In this document: in pieces, positions 1-11,310 of the stretch | How the letters are laid out: the number at the start of each line of letters is the position of its first letter | Numbering within the stretch: position 1 is the stretch's first letter | DNA from: Nemertoderma westbladi | Lineage: Eukaryota; Animalia; Xenacoelomorpha | Reading direction: 5' to 3' | Length of the DNA: 64,000 nt | Assembly: GCA_032718475.1 (NCBI GenBank) | Contig: JAUCBJ010000412.1 | Location: forward strand, 37,414-101,413 | Program-made: the position numbers and the translations under genes | The notes under the pieces: generated by a model | What the model was told of the DNA's origin: nothing | Seen by the model: only the letters and a program-made list of their open reading frames with translations | Databases searched by the model: none

Positions 1-13
1 GGCAGTCGGCACT

Positions 14-1084
14 ATGTATGACGCCTGTCTGGTTTGCAAGAGGGTGAACGCCAGAGTATTGGAACAGGAGATGGCTGAACTCCCGGAAGCGAGAGTGCAG
101 GCATATGACCCACCCTTTACGAACACAGGGGTGGATTGTTTTGGTCCGATTGAAGCAAAGAGTGGACGGCTGACCCACAAGCGATGGGGTCTGCTACTGA
201 CATGCATGGCTAGTAGAGCCATACACATTGAGCGTGTGGCAGACATGTCGACCAAATCTCTGCTCCTGGCCTTGAAGAGATTTATGGCCAGGAGAGGACT
301 AGTAAAGGCGTTCTACTCCGATAAGGGTACAAACTTTGTCGGAGGGAATAGCGAGTTGAACGCGGCTCATAAAGCGGCACAGAATAAGGAAATTTCTGCA
401 GCACTTTTGCCGCAAAGAGTAGAGTGGAGATTTAATACTCCAGAAAGTCCTTGGAGAGGAGGAAATTGGGAGCGTTTAGTTCGCTCTGTGAAGCAGGCCA
501 TTGCTAAGACGTTGCCTGTAAACAAACAACTTACCGACGACGAACTGGTCACAGCTTTCATTGAAATCGAGCATACCCTAAACTCGAGGCCGATAGCTAT
601 GTTGCCAGACGGTGTTGCATTAACGCCGAATCATTTGCTAATGCAGAGTCCAGCATTTCTTGTGCCGGCATCAGAACCCGTTAGTGCCGACCTATATAGT
701 CGTAAGAGCTGGAAAATGACTCAATTAGTCGCGTACACATTCTGGGAATATTGGCGGGAATACTATCTTCCCACCATATCCACCAGAACAAAGTGGTACA
801 AAACGGTTCGGAGTCTCCAAAGGGGAGACTACGTACTGATAACCGAGCCGATTGTCAAGAGAAAGTATTGGGAGACAGGAGTGATCTTGCATATACACCC
901 AGACGTGCAAAACATAGTGCGCACAGTCACTGTGAAAATTAGGTGCAAGTGTCCGCACCCAAAAAAGTGTAAAACTAATGGTTTGCACACCTTGGACCGA
1001 CCGGTCCAAGATATTGTGTTATTAGAGGAGACACGTATCGAGACGGGAGATTATAATTTGTCTCCTGCCTCTAAACTGAATTAG
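14..1084 (+). CDS. BEL/Pao LTR retrotransposon pol C-terminus (integrase), truncated by window start
   Basis: End of zinc-binding domain (CLVC), DDE core GVDCFGP / YSDKGTNF / GGNWERLV, LNSRP, and the FW..W..EYLP...R.KW C-terminal block typical of BEL/Pao. Confidence 0.95.
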   Translation: MYDACLVCKRVNARVLEQEMAELPEARVQAYDPPFTNTGVDCFGPIEAKSGRLTHKRWGLLLTCMASRAIHIERVADMSTKSLLLALKRFMARRGLVKAFYSDKGTNFVGGNSELNAAHKAAQNKEISAALLPQRVEWRFNTPESPWRGGNWERLVRSVKQAIAKTLPVNKQLTDDELVTAFIEIEHTLNSRPIAMLPDGVALTPNHLLMQSPAFLVPASEPVSADLYSRKSWKMTQLVAYTFWEYWREYYLPTISTRTKWYKTVRSLQRGDYVLITEPIVKRKYWETGVILHIHPDVQNIVRTVTVKIRCKCPHPKKCKTNGLHTLDRPVQDIVLLEETRIETGDYNLSPASKLN

Positions 1085-1846
1085 TGTTGGACGCAACTCA
1101 CTTCGTATGCATTCCTCGTATGCAAATACAAGGAAATGCATAGGAGCGGGGTTGTGGTGATTTGCGTTGAGTTTTGTCTAGTGGGTATCAAAACAAAATT
1201 TTATTTTCAAAAATTTTGAAAAATTTAAAATTTTAAAAAATTAGAAGTGAACCCAAGACAATTCCAGACGCTGTGTATAGACGCGTTTTAGAATTCGTCT
1301 ATAGATAAACAGTAATTTGAAAAGTCGTGAAGCCTGGAAAATAGCATTTAGAAACCATGGTGACGGCTATATTACGTAGGAGTGTAAATTGAGTTTAGCA
1401 ACTTCCACAGATTGGTGCCAACAGTGCAACTAAGGTGCTAAAGGTTAGTAGCACCAGAGGCGTACATGGACCCCACTCAGTAGTTTGCAGGATGTGTGAT
1501 GTTCGATTATCAAACCTGTGGGTTTGGTATAGTCGAGTATTGTGGCTATAGTCCTTTCTAACTACTGTAGTTTAGTACGAGTAATGGGAGTAGTTTGGGC
1601 ATCAAAAAGTGAGTTGGTCACGGCCAGTTTATCTCCAAAGTTTTTGCGCTATGCATGGGAATAGGTTAGAGGATAGTTAGTTAGGAAGAGACGGGATCTA
1701 GAGAGTCGAACCTGAACTGCTGGAAGGCGGGGGGGGGGGTTCGGGAGGTCTGTCCTTCGGCGACATCTAACTGATTTACCCATAGTGTAATTGGTTACGT
1801 AACGGCACTTATTGGGATATATATATATGTATATACGCGAGGCATA

Positions 1847-4800
1847 ATGGAGAGGGATATTAGAGCGCAACCGCGCAGAGGATTTACTGCCAGAGAGGAG
1901 GCGGAGCTACCATTCGCGCGACCAGGATGTAAAGACTCTAACGTTTACTACCATGGGCGGTCCGTGATGGAGCTAAACGGGAAATACAAGCCGAGTTATG
2001 ATAAAGAATTACGGAGGGAAAGAATGAGAGCGTTGGGGGACCGGATGGAAGTTTTGCGGAGAGAGTATCGCACGCGGTATCCCTACGACTTCGCTTTGGA
2101 CGTGTGTGACATCAGCGCAGATCCGGACGAGGAAATCGCATGACTATACCATATGAATATGTATTTACGACATGAGGAGCCTCTACCTGCAGTCTGAGAC
2201 CAGTTCGACGGAATGCATCTATACCGGAGGACTCGAGGTGAGGATCAGGAGACGCCGAAAGTCTTCAGCGTATACAAGCTCTTCTACAAGTGTGGTGAAT
2301 GCATGAATAAACAAGATGTGGCGATTCCCGACCGATTAGACGAGCAACATCCGGAACCGATATTAACGCGATGTCCAGCTCACCAATTCCTTAGATACAA
2401 CGAGGGAGGTTACCCGATGAGCAACCCGATGATCAGTATCGACTTCAGCGGAAAGCGACCTCCGAGACCCATTACGCCGACCGTTACGACATTGGATCCG
2501 TATACGGAGATTAAACCCTGTTCGACACCCAGTTTGATAGAGACGGCAGCGGCCATTTCGCTGTACCGAGCCTACAAGGATCTAGAGGCGCGGCGCGAAG
2601 CGGCGCGGGACTCGGGTACCAAACCCGCGGGTTTGGAGCTCTCGAGTCCCTGGACTGCGTTTACTTCACCTCACCGAGTGAGAAGCCTCACGCCTGAGCA
2701 TCAGGACGACATAGACGCGTTGCGGCAGGAGGAGCGAGCGGCGAAGGCGAAAGAGTTATTTGAGAACAGGATAGCGGAGTATAATAAGACCGCGGATAGA
2801 CATCAAGAGGAGACGAGGAGAGTGACCGGATTTGTTCCACAGGTCGCATCTCAACCCGGACCGGTGTATTATTCCGACGGCACCGAACCTGCGATATTAG
2901 TAGATCATCCGGAGTTGCGAGAAGCGATACGATTCTTGCCGATGGTAAGAATGGCGGACCATTGGAACGTTGACTGTCTACGGGAAGTTTTATGCGCGAA
3001 GTTCTTGCGTGATGTCCCAATGCAGATCACAGATTACGACACGTTGGATAAGATTGGAGCTCCGGGGAAGGAGAGTAAGCTATTCGGATGGTTGGATAAG
3101 TACATCAAGGTATGGGTCGCGGTGGCTACATTCCCAGATGACGAGGAGGTAGACCAGACGTGGCTGAGGAGGAAGGGTTCTTATACCCGATATGATGACC
3201 ACAAGGCTATCGAGCGCATGTGGACCCCATCAGACGAGATTCAGCGTCAGTGGAGGAAAACGGAGGAATCACTGCAGGATTGGAGGGTGATGTTCTACGA
3301 CAATGAAGGAGGGTCCCATCAGGAATGTTTGACCAGCAAGTGTATTCAAATTCGTGCGGCCGATGGTGTGACTCATGTGTTTATGCGTGTGAGGGCGGAT
3401 CGAGAGAGACCGGAGCCCATCATAACGACACAATATCGGAAGGGGAAGGATCCTAGGGAACAGATTTTGGAGGTATGCAGGCGAGGAGGTATGCACGGAG
3501 CGGAGCGTATCGACGCCAGGATGCTACCCAAGAAAGTTAGAGAGGCTATTCTCAACCAAGATTACGTCAAGGTGGGATCGGGAGTCCAGAGTGATTTGGA
3601 GAGCGACTTCAACGCCATGACTGATCTGGAAGATAGATTGCCGAGACCGTTTGTCGACACCAAGCTATTGTTGCTATGGGCACAGGATATTGGAATTTAT
3701 AGGGAGTATCCCAACTCTGCCAAGACTGGTATTGGCTTTATAGTACACTTGTTGTATAATTGGGACTTTAAGTTAAAGACGCAGAAGAAGTACGAGGAGG
3801 CGTATGGTGAATACAACACGCCACCGGGAGCGGAGTTCAAATCCCACTTCAAGCGGCAAGCGTTAGTGTATTGGAACATTTGCGCGCCACCCCGTGCGTC
3901 ACTACAATATTATTTGGTGCTTGAGTCGAACACGGTGACTTGTTTATGAGCGGATATCGTTGCGCGAGTTTTGAAGCGTCATCCATTGGTATTCGGAGGA
4001 GATCAATACGTTCGCTCGAAAGGGGGAATCCAATCCGACGTGATGAAGCGTTTCTTAACCCCGTTCTTCAAGCAATCGTTAGAGAATACGTCGATGGTTA
4101 GGAGAGGATTAGCGATATTCGAAGGAGTATATCGACAGAACATCGGAGATTTGGGAGACCGACCGTCGATGGAATATCCGACGCCAGAAGCTTTGGAGAA
4201 GTGGTTCGGGCATCAAACCCGCGGGTTTGGTACTCCCTTCCACTCGGAGGCTGATAGACCTGTTAAGGAGGGCTGGCCGGAGACGTTAGTAGAGGTGTTC
4301 GGAGTAGATCTTCCGGTGGAGAAGACATATCCGAAACGAACGCAGGAGGAAATATTGGAGATAGAGGACAAGGGCGAGGATGTTTACTTTGTTCCGGATC
4401 GACAACCGTTGACCGGAGAGGACGACATCGTATTAGACATTGGGAAGGAAGGAAGTGCGAAACCGATTGGAGACCTCATATACGAGAGGGCCTGGTTTCC
4501 ACAAGCGCGTAGGTGCAAATTGTGCGGCAGCACAAGGCACAATCTAAAGTCGTGCGACGCGGTAGTAGAGGCGGCGCATAAGGTCTGTCGTTGGTGTAAT
4601 GAGACCGACCATTCGTTTCACACGTGCACCGTCTTCATTTCTCAATGTGGATATTGTGGGGTAAAGGGACATCGTAGCGCGAGATGTCAGCTGCGAGATG
4701 ATTCCTTTCAAAACCATAGCGCTAACCTACTTCGGGAGATGTTAGATAAGTGGGAGGGTGTGGCCGATTACCATATTCAAGTGCAGATGCGTTGGTTACC

Positions 4801-5491
4801 ATTTAAAGCGGGATATGGGTTTTGGGCGGTAGACCCATCGCATGTTGCGTACGAGCCATATCTACAATCGCTACCACAATATCAGGAGCTCATCCTAACT
4901 GCTCAAGACCTTCCACAGAACACTGGAGTTATCGTAGTCCGAGAATACTTCAGACAATTGAACATGGACAATAAGTACACATGGAACTTCGTTGCTATTT
5001 GCGATCGCATCACGAAGGGTGTATTTACGGAGACTAGAAAAGTGGTACGCGCGCGAGGTGATTGGAGGATGGCGGCTATACAATACCGCAACGAATTCTT
5101 GTTGACTCATGTGCCAGTGGGTTCATTGACCGCTGAGAGGATACAGGAGCAAAGGATCGCAGCGACCACAGCGACGACCGCTGGAGCTCAAGGCTTGCGG
5201 AAAGAACCAGGAGGAGGGGTCCAAGACAAGCGTCAAGTCAAGGACGACCACTACCACTCTATTATAGAAGCACAGAGGTTGCAGCGCAAGGCGCAGGGGG
5301 CGTCGGAGAAGGCGCGAGTGCAACTGCATAAGGAAGAGTTGGCGGAAGCGACCACGGGAGCGCGACAATTGGGACGAGGCCGAGGAAGAAGCACAAGCCG
5401 GGAGTCTGTCGGGGCTCAGGGAACGTCGTCGCCGGTTCCGGGAGTGACGCCTCACGGACGCCGTCAACGGAGTCGACTGGAGGTAGATTAG
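1847..5491 (+). pseudogene. Accessory ORF of the BEL element: DEDDy (WRN/RNase D-like) 3'-5' exonuclease plus three CCHC zinc knuckles, interrupted by three in-frame TGA
   Basis: ORFs 1847-2143, 2213-3949 and 3971-5491 share one frame, broken only by TGA at 2141, 2195 and 3947. Exonuclease motifs: FYDNEG (ExoI), CIQIR, LPKKVREAILNQDYVKVGSGVQSD (ExoII), FVDT, W-x9-QYYLVLE (ExoIII, D to E). Knuckles: CKLCGSTRHNLKSC, CRWCNETDHSFHTC, CGYCGVKGHRSARC. Confidence 0.8.
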
Positions 5492-6048
5492 TGTATCTGG
5501 GAAGAGGGCGAAAGAGAGGAGCGAGCCCAAAGAACCCAGGAGCGGGTCGATAATACATTATAGCACAGGGCGACAGACTCTAGATATATACATCATCGTC
5601 GCTCTGATGTATATTGTAGCATTTGGAAATCTTCGACTAGACTCATATACACTAGTTGAGTTATTTTGGAATTTATATTATGAGAGAGGCGAAGGAAGTG
5701 ATTGGGGAGACAAACCTGCGGGTTTGGCTTACTCCTTTCACTTGCCCTAGCCAATTTTATATTTGATTTTGTATGTAGTAATCATTATGTAGTAAGAATG
5801 AACGAGAAACAATATTTTGTAAATTTAATTTGTATGTAATAATCGTTAAACAATGAGAGAGATAATATTTTTGTAAATTTAATTTGTATGTAATTCATTA
5901 TGCAATATCTATAGCAATATTTGTAAATAGTAGGATTTGTAGTATCAAGTGTTTAGATTGGTTGGAAGAAATTTATTTTGTTTTGTATACATCACCTTAT
6001 ACTCTTCTACAATTGGAGGGAAACATTGTATGATTTCCCTTGGAGCGG

Positions 6049-8222
6049 TGTTACGGTATATGGCGCTGTATCCACATTATTAGTCGTTATACTGTATGCA
6101 TTATTAGTCCGTTATGCAGTATGCAATATTAGTCCGTTATACTGTACGTAATATTAGTCCATTGTGCAGCATGATATTTTAGATAAGGCATAATAACGCA
6201 GTGGTATTTAGATAGGGAAATCGAAACACCCATATATTTGAATCCATCCATTTTGTATAGTATGTAGCCCTACCTACGTAATTTTGTATTAGGATATATG
6301 TAGATAGTTCCAGGGTAGCGAGTTTATTCGGACCCTGGATTTTGTGCTTGCTGATATTAGCATCGATAGGGCTAGCATATAGGGACGCTGTCCTGGCCAT
6401 TCAGCAGCCAGGGACGTGAACCATTACCATATATGGTAATAATTTGAGGTTTGGGCAAGCGATAGGGCTACAATCCGGCCTCCTTATTGGACTAACTGCT
6501 TCCAGGTTGGTCTAATGCTAGCACGGACTGGAGAGCCAATAGGAGAGCGATTGAGTCACCCTATTGCATCACCCCATCCGGATCACCTATAAATTGGCGG
6601 TGTGCCGGTAGAGCCTCACATGACACCTCACATGATCTGCTATCACCTTTGTACTTGTTGAGCTGTCTCTATTCAATTTTGACGGATATTTTAGCGTATT
6701 TTCTGCAATTTGCTAATTTTGATTAATTTCTTGGAATGATTTGCTAGTGCGATTACTCTCGATTGTGTTTCTCAATTAATTCCTTCGATTACTGCTAATT
6801 ACAACTGAACTATGATTTCTACTTTTGATTAATGGTTCTATGTGATTCCTTTCTGCGCAATAATCCTAAGGGATTTCTGAGACTGTCAGACTTTGTGATT
6901 TGCATGCGCCGCTACGGTAGCTATTAGCATAATGGAGGGCTAAGGTGCCAGTGGGCGGTGGGCACATCGGGGGGTTGAGCGACTAGGAGAGAGCGGAGGA
7001 TTCAAAGCGGGCAACGCTGGCTAGGGTCACCGTTGCGGGCGGGTATCTTGCACTGTAACACGCAGACCATTCGCCGATACAGTAACTAGGGGGCTGATGA
7101 TCCAGGTTTTGTCTCTATTTAGTATTAGGGGGGCAGGAATCGGGTTAGTTAGGAATCCTAGATGTATCCGGGAGAGGCCTGCGCGTACTACAACGTTGAG
7201 TGTAGAGTACGAGTAGTGAATCGCATAATTGTGGGCTATACAGTAGTTAACTGCATAATTGCGAACTGTGATTTCTGACGCTGATTGGTGTGTTATTGAA
7301 GTGTGCCTATGATTATGAATGTTTAGGTAGGCGCCCTTTTCTTTTGATTGATTTCTATTTCTTAGTTACAATAATTAGTTACTGATTAGGTCAAAGTAAT
7401 ACGGCAATTTAGGCTATTACTAGCGAAACCTGTTGCGTAATAAATTAGAATTACGTATTCTGGAACTCTTAGTAATTAGTACGCTGTTAAATATTTGTGA
7501 CTGTAATTGATTAGTAAAAATTAAGAATTAGTACGCAGCATAGCGGAGAGTAGCTAAGGTAATAATTAGAGTACTGTAAACTATTCACGCTGAGCGGTTA
7601 TTTGCACTAGCGGGCAATCAGCTAGATCGCACTATTCGGTACGCACGATACGCTAGTAATTTGCTGGCCTAAAGCCAGCCGCAGGCAAGTTTAGACCCAG
7701 AGTGGTACTATCCACGTAAAAACAATTACTGTATCATTTTGATTATTTTAAATATTCTCGCATTCACACATTACGTTAGGGAACCTCCAGTATTCGCGAT
7801 TAGAAAGACGTAGACAATAGCGTGTTTTAATAGTGATAGAATTAGGCGTAAGAATACTCTGAGTGCAAGGCCTCTCGCACTCGTCTTAAGTAAGCTTAGG
7901 GAGCCGACTCGGGTTTATTGTTTTGGTTATTCCCGCGTGGCTCATAGATTCGAACAGTTAGCTCTCTATCGAGCGATCGGTAGAGAAAGGAACAAGCGAT
8001 TTTGCAGGAGTTGTGTAAAATTAGTAAAATATATTAGCGGACGGCAGATTAGCGCCATCCAACGGTAAGTAGCGGTTTTGTATTTAGCCACCTTTACAAT
8101 TTAGTAATATCACGCTCCTGATCCCCTTTACTTAACAGTAGAGCATTCTTTGTGTCTTATTGGTTAGGCGAGAGCTCATTAGGTTGACAGAAGGATATTA
8201 ACGGGTATTGGTCTGTTCAACA
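6049..8222 (+). mobile_element. Putative 3' LTR of the BEL element (start well supported, end uncertain)
   Basis: PPT-like GGAGCGG (6042-6048) directly followed by TGTTAC, short ATTAGTCCGTTAT repeats, TATA-like CTATAAA near 6587. Candidate ...AACA ends at 7060, ~8137 or 8222. The 5' LTR is outside the window. Confidence 0.5.
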
Positions 8223-8829
8223 GTTCTGCTGTTAGTATAGAGGTCGCGGTTGTTTATCAAATTTAGTAAAAAATACGATACGAAAAATAGAAAGGCAATA
8301 AAGAATATAACCATTTATGTAACGCTTCATAAAGTACCACTTTATAGGAAAACAGTTGTTACTTGATTATTAATACGTAATTTAATTCAAAAATTGAAAT
8401 GTTTATTTTTGACGGAAAAATGTTCATGTTGATCTCATCACTTCGGCACATCGCCCGAAACACAGGAGATGACAACTACAACTGGAATTCCAAACCAACC
8501 AACAGTCTACTGGGTCTCAGATTGCTTCTACCCATCGTTTGAACTTCTTCTATAGGCTAAACCATAAGTAAACACGGACGCCGACTTCCGCTCATAGGAA
8601 TCGTTGACTCGGTGATTCGTGGACACTTTTGGAGACGCTATCCGAACTTTTACCAGATGGACGGAGTTCCGGTTTACTGTGTTGTCAACATCCATGACGC
8701 TTGCCAGAAATTGATCACTCTTCTCCGCCTGGAGGTTGGACTTTGGAAAATTAATCTGAAAAATAATATAGATAAATACACTAAAGATACAATAAATGAA
8801 GCATAATAAAGACGTAATAAAGAATACAG

Positions 8830-11310
8830 TCAACCTTACCCAAACTCCACTCAAACGTCATTCTAACATACCCAAACGCCACTCAAACGGCATTCTAACA
8901 TAACCAAACGCCACCCAAACGTCATTCTAACATAACAAAACTCTATCCAAACGACAGTCTAACATACCCAAACGGCAGTCTATATTGCACAAGCGCCACC
9001 CAAACCTGCAAACGGCAGTCTAACTTACCAAAACGCCACTCAAACAGCATTCTAAGATACACAAGCGCCACCCAAAGGACAGTCTACCTTACCCAAATGC
9101 CACCCAAACGGCAGTGCTACCTTACCTAAACGCCACACAAACGTCAGTCCACCTTACCCAAACGCCACCCAAACGGCAGTCTACCTTACTCAAACGCCAC
9201 ACAAATGGCATTCTAACATACCCAAACGCCACCCAAACGGCATTCTAACATAGACAAACGCCACTCAAACGGCATTATAACATACCCAACGCCACCCAAA
9301 CGGCATTCTAACATACCCAACGTCAAACAAACGGCATTCTAACATACCCAAACGCCACGCAAACGGCACTCTAACATACCCAAACGCCACCCAAACGGCA
9401 TTCTACCTTACCCAAACGGCATTCAAACATACCCAAACGCCACCCGAACGGCATTCTAACATACCCAAACGGCATTCTAACATAACCAAACGTCACTCAA
9501 ACGGCATTACAACATAACCAAACGCCACACGAACGGCAGTCCACCTTACCCAAACGCCACCCAAACGGCAGTCTACCTTACTTAAACATAACTCAAGCGG
9601 CATTCTAACATACCCAAACGCCACCCAAACGGCATTCTAACATACACAACGCCACACAAACGGCAATCTAACATACCCAAACGCCACCCAAACGGCATTC
9701 TAACATACCCAAACGGCATTCTAACACAACCAAACGCCACTCAAATGGCATTCCAACATAACCAAACGCCACACTAACGGCAGTCCACCTTACCCAAACT
9801 CCACCCAAACGGCAGTCTACCTTACTTAAACATCACTTAAACGGCATTCTAACATACCCAAACGCCACCCAAACGGCAGTCTACCTTACCCAAACTCCAC
9901 CCAAACGGCATTCTAGAATACCCAAACGCCACCCAAACGGCATTCTATCATACACAAACGCCACCCAAACGGCATTCCACCTTACCCAAACACCACCCAA
10001 ACGGCAGTCTACCTTACCCAAACGGCATTCTAACATACCCAAACGCCACCCAAACGGCATTCTAGCATACCCAAACTCCACCCAAACGGCATTCTAACAT
10101 ACCCAAATGCCACCCAAACGGCATTCTAACATACACAAACGCCACCCAAACGGCATTCAACCTTACCCAAACACCACCCAAACGGCAGTCTACCTTACCC
10201 AAACGGCATTCTAACATACCAAAAATCACCCAAACGGCATTCTAACATACCCAAACCCCACTCAAACGGCATTCTAACATAGGGGCCGTCCAAGTATGAC
10301 GTCAGCACTTTAGGGGGGGGAGGGGGGTTGGGAAAATCTGATGACGTGCTGATGAGGGGAGGGGAGGGGGTCAGCCAAAATCTGACGTCAGCATGTTCAT
10401 TTATAGGTGCTAGAAGAGATATAGCAGAAGAGTAAATAGCTTGCCTATTTTAATTGTTCGAAGCCCCCGAAGGCCCGTAGCACGACCTTCTGTTTCAGTT
10501 ACCAGTCACCATGTTTCAGTGATTAGGACGCGTTCTACTGGGGTACTGCGGTACTGGGGTTCGCCTGAAAATGAAACATTAATCGCTAAGCTAATGATTG
10601 TTAGAGACTGCAGTACCGGTACCTCTACCGGTTCATATAGGCCTATTATTAGCTTATGTTTGTTTATTATCATTCATAAACTGCTGTCGCATCAGGTACA
10701 AGTACAGTATGTAAACGATAGGCTATCCTACTACAACTCTATACCTTCCTATATACAGTAGATAAGCTATGTAACTACAGCCAGCCCCCGTGCCCGCCCC
10801 CTCCAATGCAATATAATACCTCCTTTATCCTGCTGAAAAGTTTTATTATTCTTTTGCAATATTTGATAATTTATTCTTTCTTGGCATACACTTAACTAAT
10901 TTAATTCGTGATTCGACAAGTGATTATAAATAATCTTCATAATATAATAGTTTATTACAAATTTTTTTTTAATCTGATTTAGGGGGGGGGGGGGGGGGGG
11001 GGGTCAACGCCTATCTGATGACATCTGATTTAGGGGAGGGAGGGGGTCAACATTTTGGGGAAAAGTGCAGACGTCATACTTGGACGGCCCCATACCCAAA
11101 CGCCACCCAAACGACATTCTACTGTACCTGACCCAAACGCCACTCAAACGGCATTCTAACATAGGCCTACCCAAACGCCAAATCAAACGGCATTCTAACA
11201 TACTGACATACCCCTACGCCACCCTAACGGCATTCTAACATAGGCCTACCCAAACAGCCAAACGCCACCCAAACGGCATTCTAACATAGGCCCACCCAAA
11301 CGGCAGTCTA
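8830..11310. repeat. ~32-bp minisatellite (CCCAAACGCCA + CCCAAACGGCATTCTAACATA), interrupted by a MITE
   Basis: Tandem degenerate units are directly visible. Inverted copies of the CCAAACG motif occur at ~11895-12030. Confidence 0.9.
10282..11091. mobile_element. PIF/Harbinger-like non-autonomous element (MITE)
   Basis: TIRs GGGGCCGTCCAAGTATGACGTC ... GACGTCATACTTGGACGGCCCC and a 3-bp duplication (ATA) of the host minisatellite unit. Confidence 0.85.

Noticed and set aside
3971-5491. Second gag gene (zinc knuckles)
   Set aside because: In frame with the exonuclease ORF, starts at TTG, lies downstream of pol, and has no recognisable capsid or protease motifs.
8420-8854. ORFs 8528-8854 (-) and 8612-8806 (+)
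   Set aside because: Coding-like composition but no recognisable motif; possibly a decayed transposon exon.
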